Positions 48,485 through 57,661 of a stretch of DNA of 64,000 nucleotides are shown here, one piece after another. Origin of the DNA: an uncultured Rickettsiales bacterium (GTDB lineage: Bacteria > Myxococcota_A > UBA796 > UBA9615). The notes under the pieces were generated by a model. The model made no database searches and was not told the origin of the DNA. It saw nothing but the letters and a program-made list of their open reading frames with translations. The stretch lies in assembly GCA_964344575.1 (NCBI GenBank), contig CAYFOA010000011.1, forward strand, positions 4,193 to 68,192, read 5' to 3'. Position numbers and translations under genes: made by a program. Within the stretch, counting starts at the first letter, position 1. Each line of letters opens with the position of its first letter.

Positions 48485-51400
48485 GGCCCGACGGACTCGG
48501 CGCGCTGCTCCCCCGGTTCGCGCTGGGCCGCCCCGTCACCGTCTCCATGGGGCTCCTCGCGATCGTCGTGCTGGGCGCGATCGCGTACGCGAAGATCCCC
48601 GTCCAGCTGATGCCCGCGGGCTTCGAGTACCCGTACCTGTGGGTCTGGATCCCGTATCCGGACTCGACCCCCCGCGAGACCGAGCGGTCCGTCGTGCAGC
48701 CGATCGAGGACGCGATCGAGACGCTCCCCGGGGTGCGCGAGATCGACGCCCACGCGGGCCAGGACTACGCCCGCTTCAGCATCGAGTTCGACCAGAAGAC
48801 GGACATGACGGAGGCGTGGGCGGGGCTGATGGACCGGCTCGAGCGGACCCGCCCCGAGCTGCCCGACGACCTCGAGCACTGGTACGTCTACAAGTACAAC
48901 CCCGAAGACGACCCCATCCTCTGGGCGGCCATCTCGATCCCCGACGACGCGGACGATCCCGCCTACGTCATCGAGACGCGCATCCAGAAGGTGCTCGAAC
49001 GGGTCCCCGGCGTCGCCCGCGTCGAGTTCTACGGAGCGCATCGGTCGCGGGTGTACGTCGACTTCGACCGCGAATCGGTCGAACGGCACGGCATCAGCCT
49101 GTACCAGGTGATGCAGGCGCTCCAGTCGGACAACTTCACGATGCCCTCGGGGGAGGTGCGGGCGGACGGGCGGGTGGTGCTGGTCCGGTCGCTGGCCACC
49201 CTGGAGTCGCGGGACGCCATCGCCGCGCTGCCGGTGGGGAACGGGGTCACGCTGGAGGACATCGCCCAGGTCGTGGTGGCACGGCCGGTGGACACGTCCA
49301 TCCACCGCGTCAACGGCGACAACGCCGCCTCGATCGACGTCTACAAGGAGTCCGGCGCCAACACGATCGAGGTCTGCCGCCGCGTCCAGGAGGCGGTCGA
49401 CGGGCTCGCGGACGACCCCAAGCTGGCCGGCTTCGTCGTCCACCGCTTCTTCGACCAGGGCGACCTCATCCAGGAGTCGATCGACAACCTCCGCAACACG
49501 GCCCTGCAGGGCGGCCTGCTCGCGATCGTGGTGCTCCTCTTCTTCCTCCGCCGCCTCCGGGTGACCCTGCTCATCGCGCTGTCGATCCCGCTGTCGCTGC
49601 TGATGACGATCATCGTCCAGTACTTCGTCGGGGAGTCGATCAACCTGCTCGTGATGATGGGGCTGATGCTCGCCGTCGGGATGACGGTGGACAACAGCAT
49701 CGTGGTGGTGGAGTCGATCTACAGGCGGCGCGAGGAGGGGGAGAGCCCGTGGGAGGCGGCGCTGCACGGGACGGCGGAGGTGGCGCTCGCCATCGTCGCG
49801 GCGACGTCCACGACCATCGTCGTCTTCCTCCCCCTGATCCTGATGTCGGACGACGCGCAGTTCAGCTTCTTCATGGGGAAGCTGGGGCTGCCGGTCTGCT
49901 ACGCGCTGCTCTGCTCGCTGTTCGTGGCGCTGATCATCGTCCCGCTGGCGACGGTGACGGTGGCGGCCGCTCCGCCCGCGAAGCCGTCGCGGATCATCGA
50001 GGGGGTGACGGACCGGTACGCGCGGCTGCTCCGGGCGACGCTCCGGAACCGCTCCTGGGCGGCGGTCGCGTTCGTGCTGTCGTGGGCGTCCTGCGCGGTC
50101 CCCGCGAACAACCTCGACCAGACGGACGAAGGGGACGGCGGGATCATCGACTTCGTCATCGGGATGGAGTTCCCCGCGTCGTTCACGGTCGACGAGATCG
50201 ACGAGTCCATCCAGAACATCGAGGAGATGGTCGCCGACAAGCAGGAGGAGTGGCGCATCCGGGCGGTGAGGGCGCGGCGCTGGCGGGGGTCGCGGCGCGG
50301 CTTCGTGATGGCGTTCATGGAGAAGCGGCAGCGGGGGGACATCACGAAGGACGAGATCAACGAGCTGCTCCCCGACATGCTCGAGGAACGGGAGATGCCG
50401 GGGGTCCAGGCGTGGGCGGGGTGGCGGCGGAACATGGACAGCGGCGAGACGCTGTCGATCAACGTGACGGGGCCGGACAGCGAGGTGCTGACGGAGCTGG
50501 GGGACGAGATCGTGCGGCGGCTGCGGGACGCGCCGGGGGTGGTCGGCGTCGAGGCGGAGACGGAGGAGCGGGGGGCGGACGAGCTCCACGTCCTCGTCGA
50601 CCGGGAGCGGGCGGCGCGGTACGGCGTCTCCCCGACGGTGCTCGCCCGGACGGTGGCGTTCGGCTTCCGCGGGGTGGGGCTGCGGCCCGTGCTGATGGAC
50701 GGGCGCGAGGTCCCCATGCAGGCGGGCTTCCGGCTATCGGACCGGGCCGACATCGGCAAGCTGCGCGACTTCGGCATCTGGTCGCCGGTGACGGGTCAGG
50801 TGGCGCTGGGGACGGTGGCGGACTTCGAGTTTGCGAAGGGGTACGGGACGATCCGGCGTCGCGACCGGCGGACGTCGCTGCGCGTGACGGCGACGCTGGA
50901 CGACAAGGACCTCGGCGCCGGCTTCATGAAGATCGAGGAGGCGCTGTCGACGCTGCAGCTGCCGCGCGGCTACGAGTGGAACCGGGGCCGCCGCTGGGAC
51001 CGGCTCGAGGAGCAGGACAAGGCGCAGAAGTTCGCGTTGCTGCTGTCGATCTCGTTCGTCTTCCTGCTGATGGGGATGCTGTTCGAGTCGTTCTGGACCC
51101 CCGTCGCGGTGATCGTGTCCGTCCCGTTCGCGTTCGTGGGGGCGTACTGGATGCTGTTCGCGACGGGGACGACGGTCGAGATGATGGCCGGGATCGGAAT
51201 GGTGATCCTCGTCGGCATCGTCGTGAACAACGCGATCGTCCTCGTGGACCGCGTGCAGCAGTACCGCGACGAGGGGATGGAGCGCGACGAGGCGCTGCTG
51301 GCGGGGGGGCGCGACCGGTTCCGGCCGATCGTGATGACGGCGGCGACGACGATCGTGGGGCTGCTCCCGATGGCGATCGGCGACTCGGCGATCGTGGGGA

Positions 51401-51537
51401 CGCCCTACTTCCCGCTGGGGCGGGCGGTGATCGGGGGGCTGGTGGCGTCGACGATCCTGAGCCTCGTCTTCGTGCCCCTCTTCTACAGCTACTTCGACGA
51501 CCTCAAGGCCTTGATGACCGGGACGCTGCGCCGATGA
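48481..51537 (+). CDS. Second RND efflux transporter permease (paralogous, MdtB/MdtC-like tandem arrangement)
   Basis: The GTG start overlaps the RND1 stop (GTGA). Motifs VGMTVDNSIVVVESI and VVNNAIVLVDRVQQ. 12-TM topology. Confidence 0.9.
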   Translation: MRPDGLGALLPRFALGRPVTVSMGLLAIVVLGAIAYAKIPVQLMPAGFEYPYLWVWIPYPDSTPRETERSVVQPIEDAIETLPGVREIDAHAGQDYARFSIEFDQKTDMTEAWAGLMDRLERTRPELPDDLEHWYVYKYNPEDDPILWAAISIPDDADDPAYVIETRIQKVLERVPGVARVEFYGAHRSRVYVDFDRESVERHGISLYQVMQALQSDNFTMPSGEVRADGRVVLVRSLATLESRDAIAALPVGNGVTLEDIAQVVVARPVDTSIHRVNGDNAASIDVYKESGANTIEVCRRVQEAVDGLADDPKLAGFVVHRFFDQGDLIQESIDNLRNTALQGGLLAIVVLLFFLRRLRVTLLIALSIPLSLLMTIIVQYFVGESINLLVMMGLMLAVGMTVDNSIVVVESIYRRREEGESPWEAALHGTAEVALAIVAATSTTIVVFLPLILMSDDAQFSFFMGKLGLPVCYALLCSLFVALIIVPLATVTVAAAPPAKPSRIIEGVTDRYARLLRATLRNRSWAAVAFVLSWASCAVPANNLDQTDEGDGGIIDFVIGMEFPASFTVDEIDESIQNIEEMVADKQEEWRIRAVRARRWRGSRRGFVMAFMEKRQRGDITKDEINELLPDMLEEREMPGVQAWAGWRRNMDSGETLSINVTGPDSEVLTELGDEIVRRLRDAPGVVGVEAETEERGADELHVLVDRERAARYGVSPTVLARTVAFGFRGVGLRPVLMDGREVPMQAGFRLSDRADIGKLRDFGIWSPVTGQVALGTVADFEFAKGYGTIRRRDRRTSLRVTATLDDKDLGAGFMKIEEALSTLQLPRGYEWNRGRRWDRLEEQDKAQKFALLLSISFVFLLMGMLFESFWTPVAVIVSVPFAFVGAYWMLFATGTTVEMMAGIGMVILVGIVVNNAIVLVDRVQQYRDEGMERDEALLAGGRDRFRPIVMTAATTIVGLLPMAIGDSAIVGTPYFPLGRAVIGGLVASTILSLVFVPLFYSYFDDLKALMTGTLRR

Positions 51538-53129
51538 GAACGACGACTCTGACCCTGACGACGCTCCTGCTGCTGGCGGCGACCCCCGCGGCGGCGGAGG
51601 ACTCGACGCTGGAGGCGGACCTCGACGCGATCGAGGCGATGTCCGCGCTCGGCGACGACGCGCACGACCTCCCGCTGGAGCACGCCGTGCGGCGGACGCT
51701 GGAGGAGAACCTCGGCCTGCGGGTCCGCATCAAGGAGCTGGAGGCGGCGCAGGCGCGGCTGAAGGCGTCGTGGGCGCCGTGGATGCCGTTCGTGACGGCG
51801 GGGTGGGGGTACCACCCGTCGCGGTCGGAGATGTTCCTCGACGACTACGAGACGTGGCGGCGGACGAACGGGGACAGCGCGAACTACAACGTCGGGTTCG
51901 GGGTGAACCTGCCGACGGGGACGAACGTGTCGCTGACGTGGGCGCAGGGGGCGGTCAACAGCAAGGTGAACTTCGACCCGGAGGTGACGTTCGAGAACCC
52001 GCTCGACCCGGACAACCCGATCCCCTTCCTGGTGGACAGCGACTTCTCGACGAAGTGGTCGGCGCTGTCGATCCGGCTGAACCAGTCGCTGCTGCAGGGG
52101 ATCTCGCCGACGTACCAGCTGCGGAGCGTCCGGAAGGCGGGGCTGGCGCTGGACGTGGCGGAGGTGCAGCGGGACCAGGAGATGACGGACGCGGTGGCGC
52201 TGGCGCTGAAGCAGTACTGGGACCTCGTGGGGTACCGGCGGCTGGTGGAGATCCACCGCATCGACCGGCGGCTGGCGGAGGACCAGCGGGAGGTGACGCA
52301 GGCGCTGATCGACGCGGGGAAGCTGGCGCCGATCGAGCTGCTCCGGGTGGACGAGCGGGTGGCGAGCGCGAGCGCGGCGGTGCTGGAGGCGCAGCACAAC
52401 GCGGCGGCGGCGGAGTCGGGTTTGAAGCAGCTGATGCGGGTGGGTCACGACCACGCGCTGTTCCGGACGCCGCTGCGCCCCGTGGACGGGGTGGCGTCGG
52501 TGATCCCGTCGCGGGATCGGGACGCGTCGATCGACATGGCGGTGGTCCGCAACCCGGGGCTGATCCTGGCGCGGGCGGACGTGGAGGCGGACTGGATCGA
52601 CCGGCAGGCGGCGCGGCACGAGATGCTGCCGGACCTGGGGCTGACGGCGGCGCTGTCGCTGAACGGGTCGGGGTTCGAGGTCCGGGAGTCGGTGGAGGAC
52701 GTGTTCAACACGCGGTTCCCGGACCTCGAGCTGGGGATGACGTTCACGATGCCGGTGCCGGACGTGGGCGCGATCCACGCGCTGAGGGCGTCGGACCTGG
52801 AGCTGGAGGCGGCGGAGGCGAACGAGGCGAACGTGGAGCTGCAGCTGCGGTCGAACGTGGAGCAGTTCTGGGGCGCGATCCAGTCGTTCGCGGCCCAGGT
52901 GGAAGTCGCCCAGGTCCGAGCCGACCTCGCGGCCCGGTCGGCGGACGCGGCGGCGGCGACGTACGAGGCGGGCAAGAACACCCTCCGCGAGGTCTTCGAG
53001 GCCCAGGCGGACCTCAAGGAAGCGAGGGTCGCCCTCCTCCAGGCCGAGATCGCCGAAGCGAAGTCGAGGGTCGAGCTGGAGGTGCTCCGGGGCTCGTTGC
53101 TGGAGACGCTGGGGGTGGAAGTGGAGTAG
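51534..53129 (+). CDS. Outer membrane efflux protein (TolC/OMF family)
   Basis: ATGA overlap with RND2. Signal peptide MRTTTLTLTTLLLLAATPAAA. Two-repeat coiled-coil/beta pattern typical of OMF. Internal ATG of a composite ORF. Confidence 0.85.
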   Translation: MRTTTLTLTTLLLLAATPAAAEDSTLEADLDAIEAMSALGDDAHDLPLEHAVRRTLEENLGLRVRIKELEAAQARLKASWAPWMPFVTAGWGYHPSRSEMFLDDYETWRRTNGDSANYNVGFGVNLPTGTNVSLTWAQGAVNSKVNFDPEVTFENPLDPDNPIPFLVDSDFSTKWSALSIRLNQSLLQGISPTYQLRSVRKAGLALDVAEVQRDQEMTDAVALALKQYWDLVGYRRLVEIHRIDRRLAEDQREVTQALIDAGKLAPIELLRVDERVASASAAVLEAQHNAAAAESGLKQLMRVGHDHALFRTPLRPVDGVASVIPSRDRDASIDMAVVRNPGLILARADVEADWIDRQAARHEMLPDLGLTAALSLNGSGFEVRESVEDVFNTRFPDLELGMTFTMPVPDVGAIHALRASDLELEAAEANEANVELQLRSNVEQFWGAIQSFAAQVEVAQVRADLAARSADAAAATYEAGKNTLREVFEAQADLKEARVALLQAEIAEAKSRVELEVLRGSLLETLGVEVE

Positions 53130-53151
53130 GCCGGCTGGTGCAACGCCTCGC

Positions 53152-53649
53152 TCAGGGCCGGGAACTTGGACGGCAGTCCGAGCGCTGTCGCGGGGAGGGC
53201 ACAGTCCAGCGGCCACCTACCGGGGCGCTCCAGGCTCCCCCGCCGTCACGGACTCGAACGCGCCATTCGACCTCGTCCCCCTTCGGCCAGTCGCGACACA
53301 CCGGGAGCGTTACTGTCTCCCTCCGATCGAGGCTGACGTGCGGCGCGACCAGCGTCGTCCCCAGTGCTTCGACTTCGAACTCGGGTGAATCGAGGCGCTC
53401 CTTGCCCGGCTCTACATCAACGAGGAGCCGCACGGCGTATCCGAGGGCGACGCCGCGTCGAGGCTGACCACAGGTCGTGGCGGGATGACCTGGGTCGCAG
53501 AACTCGACCCCGTGAATCACGGTCGCCGTCGGCCGGGAGGATGTGGGTTCGCAGGCTTGCAGCAGCAGCGAGCCGACGAAGGCTACCGCCAACGCCCCGC
53601 CGAGGTGCCGCCCCGAGGGCGACCGAGGCTCGCCGACTGGGGTGGTCAA
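53152..53649 (-). CDS. Hypothetical small lipoprotein (165 aa), low confidence
   Basis: N-terminus ...GGALAVAFVGSLLLQACEP carries a lipobox. Composition is protein-like. It is convergent with the OMF gene. Confidence 0.4.
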   Translation of the reverse strand: MTTPVGEPRSPSGRHLGGALAVAFVGSLLLQACEPTSSRPTATVIHGVEFCDPGHPATTCGQPRRGVALGYAVRLLVDVEPGKERLDSPEFEVEALGTTLVAPHVSLDRRETVTLPVCRDWPKGDEVEWRVRVRDGGGAWSAPVGGRWTVPSPRQRSDCRPSSRP

Positions 53650-54350
53650 AGGTAGTTGAAGATGTCCCAGGGCCCTGGGCAGTCGGTATCACTTCTGGCG
53701 GGCATCCCGCTCTGGTAGCCCCATCCATCCGTTTGGTATGTGCAGTCGGGCGGAACGTACGAGTACCACTCTACGAGGTAGTCGCACAGGCAGACCGCAG
53801 TGAAGAACGGAAACCAGTCGATGTCCCAGTAGCAACCCTGCAGATGACGGTGCGTACCGCTCGGTGGACAGGGCACCGACGAGTCTTCTTCTACTTGTAC
53901 TTCTTCGTCTTCTTCATCTTCATCGTCATCGTCGGGCGCAGTGCCGTCGTCGTCATCGTCGTCATCGTCGTCGTCGTCATCATCGTCGTCGTCATCGGGC
54001 GCGGTGCCGTCGTCGTCATGGTCCGGTTCGTCGATCTCGACGGTGTCGGGGCCGGGGCTGTCGTCCACCAGCTCGCGTATGAGGGTCGCGACCGGACTCT
54101 CTCCGCCGTCGTCGTCGTCGGTTGCCACGACCGTTGTCCCGGCCCCAGGCGCCGTCATGCACACGCCCATCTCGGTGTCGCACCCGCAGCAGGTGCCGTC
54201 GTCCGAGCCCGAGGTCGGTGCACAGTCCGAGTCGGAGTCGCATTCCTGTCCAGCTGGGCAAGTCACGCCCTCGCAGGGATCGCCGCCTTCGCCTTCGCCA
54301 TCCGGCTCGACCCTACCCTCGCCTGGGCCGCCCTCCTCGCCCTCGGCGAC
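53646..54350 (-). CDS. Acidic poly-Asp, Cys/aromatic-rich protein; 5' end undetermined
   Basis: Reading frame of ORF 53646..55082. From ~54350 downward codon usage is A/T-rich at third positions, atypical for this genome. Contains CEGVTCPAGQECDSDSDC, a run of ~17 Asp, and the C-terminus CYWDIDWFPFFTAVCLCDYLVEWYSYVPPDCTYQTDGWGYQ. The upstream part of the ORF is Arg-rich and spurious. Confidence 0.35.
   Translation of the reverse strand, partial: VAEGEEGGPGEGRVEPDGEGEGGDPCEGVTCPAGQECDSDSDCAPTSGSDDGTCCGCDTEMGVCMTAPGAGTTVVATDDDDGGESPVATLIRELVDDSPGPDTVEIDEPDHDDDGTAPDDDDDDDDDDDDDDDDDGTAPDDDDEDEEDEEVQVEEDSSVPCPPSGTHRHLQGCYWDIDWFPFFTAVCLCDYLVEWYSYVPPDCTYQTDGWGYQSGMPARSDTDCPGPWDIFNYL
53885..54005 (-). 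repeat. GAC/GAT trinucleotide run encoding poly-Asp (~17 D plus flanking D/E)
   Basis: gtcatcgtcgtcatcgtcgtcgtcgtcatcatcgtcgtcgtcatc on the plus strand. Confidence 0.9.
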
Positions 54351-54646
54351 CGAGAAGTCGGGTGGGACCTGGGGACCGAAGAACCAGGTCGGCCAGCTCG
54401 GGGATCGCGCTGCGATCGACGGGGACGCGCAGGTGCACGGCCCCGACGCCGGCTTCCACCAAGCCCTCCGCGCCACGCCCCCTCGGAACCACTCGGGCAA
54501 CGGCTGTTCTGCGCCGCGCCTCGACCGGCAGGAACACGAACCGCCGCGCTCACCCTTGCAGGAGCAGCTTCGACCGGAGCAGGAGCGATGCCCCTTCGTG
54601 GAGCGGACCCGAGCGCTGACTCGATCGAGGCGGCGCTCCCGCCAGC

Positions 54647-55033
54647 TCAGAGCGTGACGATCTGCCACCGGGCGCTCGCGCGGCACGCGACGGGCGTCGT
54701 CCCCGAGTTCCGGTGGATGTGCCAACCGAACCGTATGAGGCGCTTGCTGCTCGTGTCGCTGCTGGCGTCCGAGTAGGCGCCCTGGTCCTGGTAGCCGGCA
54801 GCGTTCGTCGCGGTGCCGACCGAGGTCGAGCTGCCCGGGTTGTCCGCGAAGTCCGCGACCTGGTAGGCCGGGACGACGTCGAGGTTCCCGATGACTTCCT
54901 CGATCTCGAAGGCAGCGCGGACCTTCTCGATGTTGGCCGCGCTCATCCACGGCGTCGCCGAGATGAAGATGTCGGTTGTGTCGTTCTCGGTCATCAGGGT
55001 GGTCGGTGGTGCGTAGACCGAACGAGTTCCCAT
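54647..55033 (-). CDS. Hypothetical protein (128 aa) of unknown family, preceded by a consensus Shine-Dalgarno site
   Basis: MGTRSVYAPPTTLMTENDTTDIFISATPWMSAANIEKVRAAFEIEEVIGNL... Composition is balanced and non-GC-biased. GAAGGAGG lies 8 nt upstream of the ATG. Local GC is lower than the genome average. Confidence 0.55.
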   Translation of the reverse strand: MGTRSVYAPPTTLMTENDTTDIFISATPWMSAANIEKVRAAFEIEEVIGNLDVVPAYQVADFADNPGSSTSVGTATNAAGYQDQGAYSDASSDTSSKRLIRFGWHIHRNSGTTPVACRASARWQIVTL

Positions 55034-55041
55034 GGGGATCC

Positions 55042-55049
55042 CCTCCTTC
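55042..55049 (-). promoter_or_regulatory. Consensus Shine-Dalgarno GAAGGAGG 8 nt upstream of the ATG of ORF 54647..55033
   Basis: Plus strand reads ccctccttc. Confidence 0.6.
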
Positions 55050-55086
55050 GCCGCGACGTGCGGCGTGAGAGGAGGGTTTCACAGCC

Positions 55087-55104
55087 AGAGAGAGAGAGAG
55101 AGAG
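55087..55104. repeat. (AG)9 dinucleotide microsatellite in intergenic region, followed by a 7-bp stem hairpin at 55140-55156
   Basis: cagagagagagagagagagagc, then ccttccg-tgg-cggaagg. Confidence 0.9.
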
Positions 55105-55197
55105 CAAGGTCCGTGCCGTTGCGCCCAGTGTAGTTCGGTCCTTCCGTGGCGGAAGGGCCAGGGTCGTGCACGGAGGCGAGCGACCTATACTGGCCTC

Positions 55198-55773
55198 GTG
55201 AGTTCTCGTGCCACGAAGCGAGCGACGTACGAGGATCTCCTCGCGCTCCCCGTGCACGTGGTCGGAGAGCTCATCGGGGGCGTCCTGGAGGTCTCGCCGC
55301 GCCCCGCTCCGCCTCACGCGGTCGCCCACTCGGGCCTCAGTGGCCAGCTGACGCCGCCCTTCAGCTGGGGGCGCGGCGGACCCGGCGGCTGGTGGATCCT
55401 CACCGAGCCGGAGCTTCACCTGGGCTCGGACGTCCTCGTGCCCGACCTCGGAGGTTGGCGACGGGACCGCATGGAGGAGATGCCCGAGACGGCGTACTTC
55501 GAGCTGCCGCCGGACTGGGTCTGCGAGATCGTCTCGCCCGCGACGGCTCGAGTCGATCGGGTGCTCAAGCTGCCGGTCTACGCGAGCGCCGGCGTCGCCT
55601 GGGCATGGCTCGTCGATCCGATCGCCCGATCCCTGGAGGTCTTCCGCGGAGCCGACCGGACCTGGGTGCTGCACTCCACGCACTCCGGCGACGACATCGT
55701 GCGCGCTGAACCCTTCGCCGCGGTCGAGCTCGAGCTGTCGCTGGTCTGGGGGGAGCTGCGGGGGGCGGGATAG
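55198..55773 (+). CDS. Uma2-family (DUF820) PD-(D/E)xK putative endonuclease
   Basis: YFELPPDWVCEIVSPAT resembles the Uma2 signature (PDLVVEVLSPS). 191 aa. GTG start. Confidence 0.8.
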   Translation: MSSRATKRATYEDLLALPVHVVGELIGGVLEVSPRPAPPHAVAHSGLSGQLTPPFSWGRGGPGGWWILTEPELHLGSDVLVPDLGGWRRDRMEEMPETAYFELPPDWVCEIVSPATARVDRVLKLPVYASAGVAWAWLVDPIARSLEVFRGADRTWVLHSTHSGDDIVRAEPFAAVELELSLVWGELRGAG

Positions 55774-55847
55774 AAGGTCCTCCTGATGCCGGCGGTAGGG
55801 AGGCAAAGCCAGGTTGCATTGTGCAACCCATCCGATAGAATTGCTTC

Positions 55848-56189
55848 ATGTCCACCGCCGTCAAGCTGTCCTCCGAGCTGGTCGAGGCTGCGCGCGCCGA
55901 GGCTGAGCTGTACTCGCGGTCGATGACGCAGCAGATCGAGCACTGGGCTCGTGTCGGGCGCGCCATCGAGCGGTCGGGGGCCGTCGATCCCGAGCGGGTG
56001 CGCGCGGCGCTGCGGGCGGAGCTGCACTTCGACGAGCTGGGGACCGAGGAGCGGATGGCCGTGCTGGGTGAGCTGGAGCGGGCGGTCCTGAAGCCGAAGG
56101 GGGACCGCGCCCTGGCCCGGGAGCTCGCCGCCGGCGGTGAGACGCTGGTGGGGGCCGGCGCCGACGGCGAGCTGTTCGAGGTGCCGTGA
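55848..56189 (+). CDS. ParD-like antitoxin (partner of zeta-toxin-like ATPase)
   Basis: 113 aa, helical and acidic. The N-terminus has the pattern MSTAVKLSSELVEAARAEAELYSRSMTQQIEHWARVGRAIE. The stop overlaps the downstream GTG start (GTGA). Confidence 0.7.
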   Translation: MSTAVKLSSELVEAARAEAELYSRSMTQQIEHWARVGRAIERSGAVDPERVRAALRAELHFDELGTEERMAVLGELERAVLKPKGDRALARELAAGGETLVGAGADGELFEVP

Positions 56190-56779
56190 CCGCCGAGCCG
56201 CCGCTCCTGTGGCTGCTGATCGGACCGAACGGGGCGGGGAAGAGCACCTACTACCGGACGCGCATCGAGCCTCGTCTGGGGGTCGAGTTCGTCAACGCCG
56301 ACGTCATCGCCGCCGCCGAGTGGCCGGACGCCGGTCCCGAGGCCGCCTACGAGGCCGGACGGCGGGCGGCCGAGCGGCGCCGGCTGCTGATCGCCTCGCG
56401 GGAGTCGTTCGTCACCGAGACGGTGTTCTCCCATCCGTCGAAGCTCGATCTCGTCCAGGCCTCGCTCGACGCCGGCTACGAGCTGTGGGTCACGTTCGTC
56501 TGCGTCCAGACGCCCGAGCTGGCCGTCGCCCGCGTCGCACACCGTGTCCGCCGCGGCGGGCACGACGTCCCTCGCGACAAGATCGAGCAGCGGTTCGCCC
56601 GGATGACCGAGCAAGCCAAGATCGCGGTCCGGCGGGCGCGGCGGGCGTTCATCGTCGACAACAGCGACCCCCGCCGGCCGCTGCGGGACGTGATGACGTT
56701 CGAGCGAGGCCAGCTGACCTGGCGAGCAGACGACCTGCCGGCGTGGTGTTGCGCCCTGTTCGGAGGGGCTCTGGACTGA
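56186..56779 (+). CDS. Zeta-toxin-family P-loop kinase-like toxin
   Basis: Walker A LLIGPNGAGKSTY. Size ~197 aa. It follows a ParD-like antitoxin in the canonical gene order. Confidence 0.8.
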   Translation: MTAEPPLLWLLIGPNGAGKSTYYRTRIEPRLGVEFVNADVIAAAEWPDAGPEAAYEAGRRAAERRRLLIASRESFVTETVFSHPSKLDLVQASLDAGYELWVTFVCVQTPELAVARVAHRVRRGGHDVPRDKIEQRFARMTEQAKIAVRRARRAFIVDNSDPRRPLRDVMTFERGQLTWRADDLPAWCCALFGGALD

Positions 56780-57127
56780 TCATGAGCGTTCGGGAAGCTC
56801 GCGGCTCCGACGTGGCCGGGAGCTGTCAGGGGCTCTCGTCGGGTCTAGGCTCTGAATGCAGGCCTACGGCCGTCTCGGGGACGTAGTAGGTCAGCGTCTG
56901 CTCCTCACCGACCTCAGCACCTCGAGCTGGACGACGTCCACCGCGTTCATCTCCATGAAGACGACTCGCGGAGTTGCCGGGCGTTCTGCCGACTCGGCTG
57001 GGGCGACGCCGCGTCAGCGGCGCAAACCCCTCGGCGGAACATCAAGCGGGTGCGGCCGGACACCTTGAGGCGATCAATCGATGAGGTTCAGTTCGAAGTG
57101 GTGTGACCGCCGAGCCGACGATTTGAA

Positions 57128-57661
57128 TCAGGACTCCTCGAGGATCTCCTCGAGTGCGTACCAGGTCTTCTGCGGGATGCGCTCCCGGTCGAAGTAGCGG
57201 AGCATGATCTCGACGGCGTCTTCGTACCGCTCGACGTTGAGCGCGCGGAGGAGGAAGCGGACGTCTTCTTCGTCGCGGAAGCCCTCGCCGATACGCATGG
57301 CGGCGCACTTCAGGGCCAGCAGGTACTCCGGTTGGGCGACGAAGACCGCGAGGTGGGGGAGGTCGAGGAAGGGGTCGAACTCGCCGCGCGCGCTGAGGAA
57401 GCCCTTCACGCCGTCGTTCAGCCAGTCCTCGCGCACGTCCGCTCGGAGGGCGACCCGCGCGGCCGCCCGACGGAGCTCGGCGGTCGGCCGGAACAGCGCG
57501 TCCACGTCCCGGGTGGACTCGCGGGCCTCGAAGACGAGGCACATCACGGCGCCGCCGACCAGGTAGAGCTCGCCCCGGATCCCCTCGCGCCCCAGCTCCT
57601 CGTCGAGGAGGTCGAACAGACGCCGGATGTCCTCGGCCGTCAGCTCCAGGCGGTCAGGCAC
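57128..57661 (-). CDS. Nucleotidyltransferase-fold protein (MNT/AbiEii-like minimal NTase)
   Basis: LYLVGGAVMCLVFEARESTRDVDALF fits the hG[GS]...DhD NTase signature. It overlaps the upstream RHH-protein gene by 8 nt. Confidence 0.7.
   Translation of the reverse strand: MPDRLELTAEDIRRLFDLLDEELGREGIRGELYLVGGAVMCLVFEARESTRDVDALFRPTAELRRAAARVALRADVREDWLNDGVKGFLSARGEFDPFLDLPHLAVFVAQPEYLLALKCAAMRIGEGFRDEEDVRFLLRALNVERYEDAVEIMLRYFDRERIPQKTWYALEEILEES

Noticed and set aside
48639-53129. 1496-aa plus-strand ORF
   Set aside because: It is an alternate frame of RND2 (Arg/Gly/Asp-rich). Only the OMF from 51534 was kept.
53364-54776. 470-aa plus-strand ORF with poly-Val/Ile stretch (VVVIVVIVVVVIIVVVI)
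   Set aside because: It is the antisense translation of the poly-Asp codon run, with an Arg-rich remainder. The minus-strand acidic frame is more protein-like.
56160-57115. About 28/33-nt direct repeat (cagttcgaagtggtgtgaccgccgagccg vs ctgttcgaggtgccgtgaccgccgagccg) flanking the zeta-toxin gene, plus short ORFs in 56800-57100
   Set aside because: It could be a decayed duplicate TA junction. However, a 15-mer exact match is near chance expectation in 64 kb of GC-biased DNA, and the intervening ORFs are not protein-like. It is noted only.
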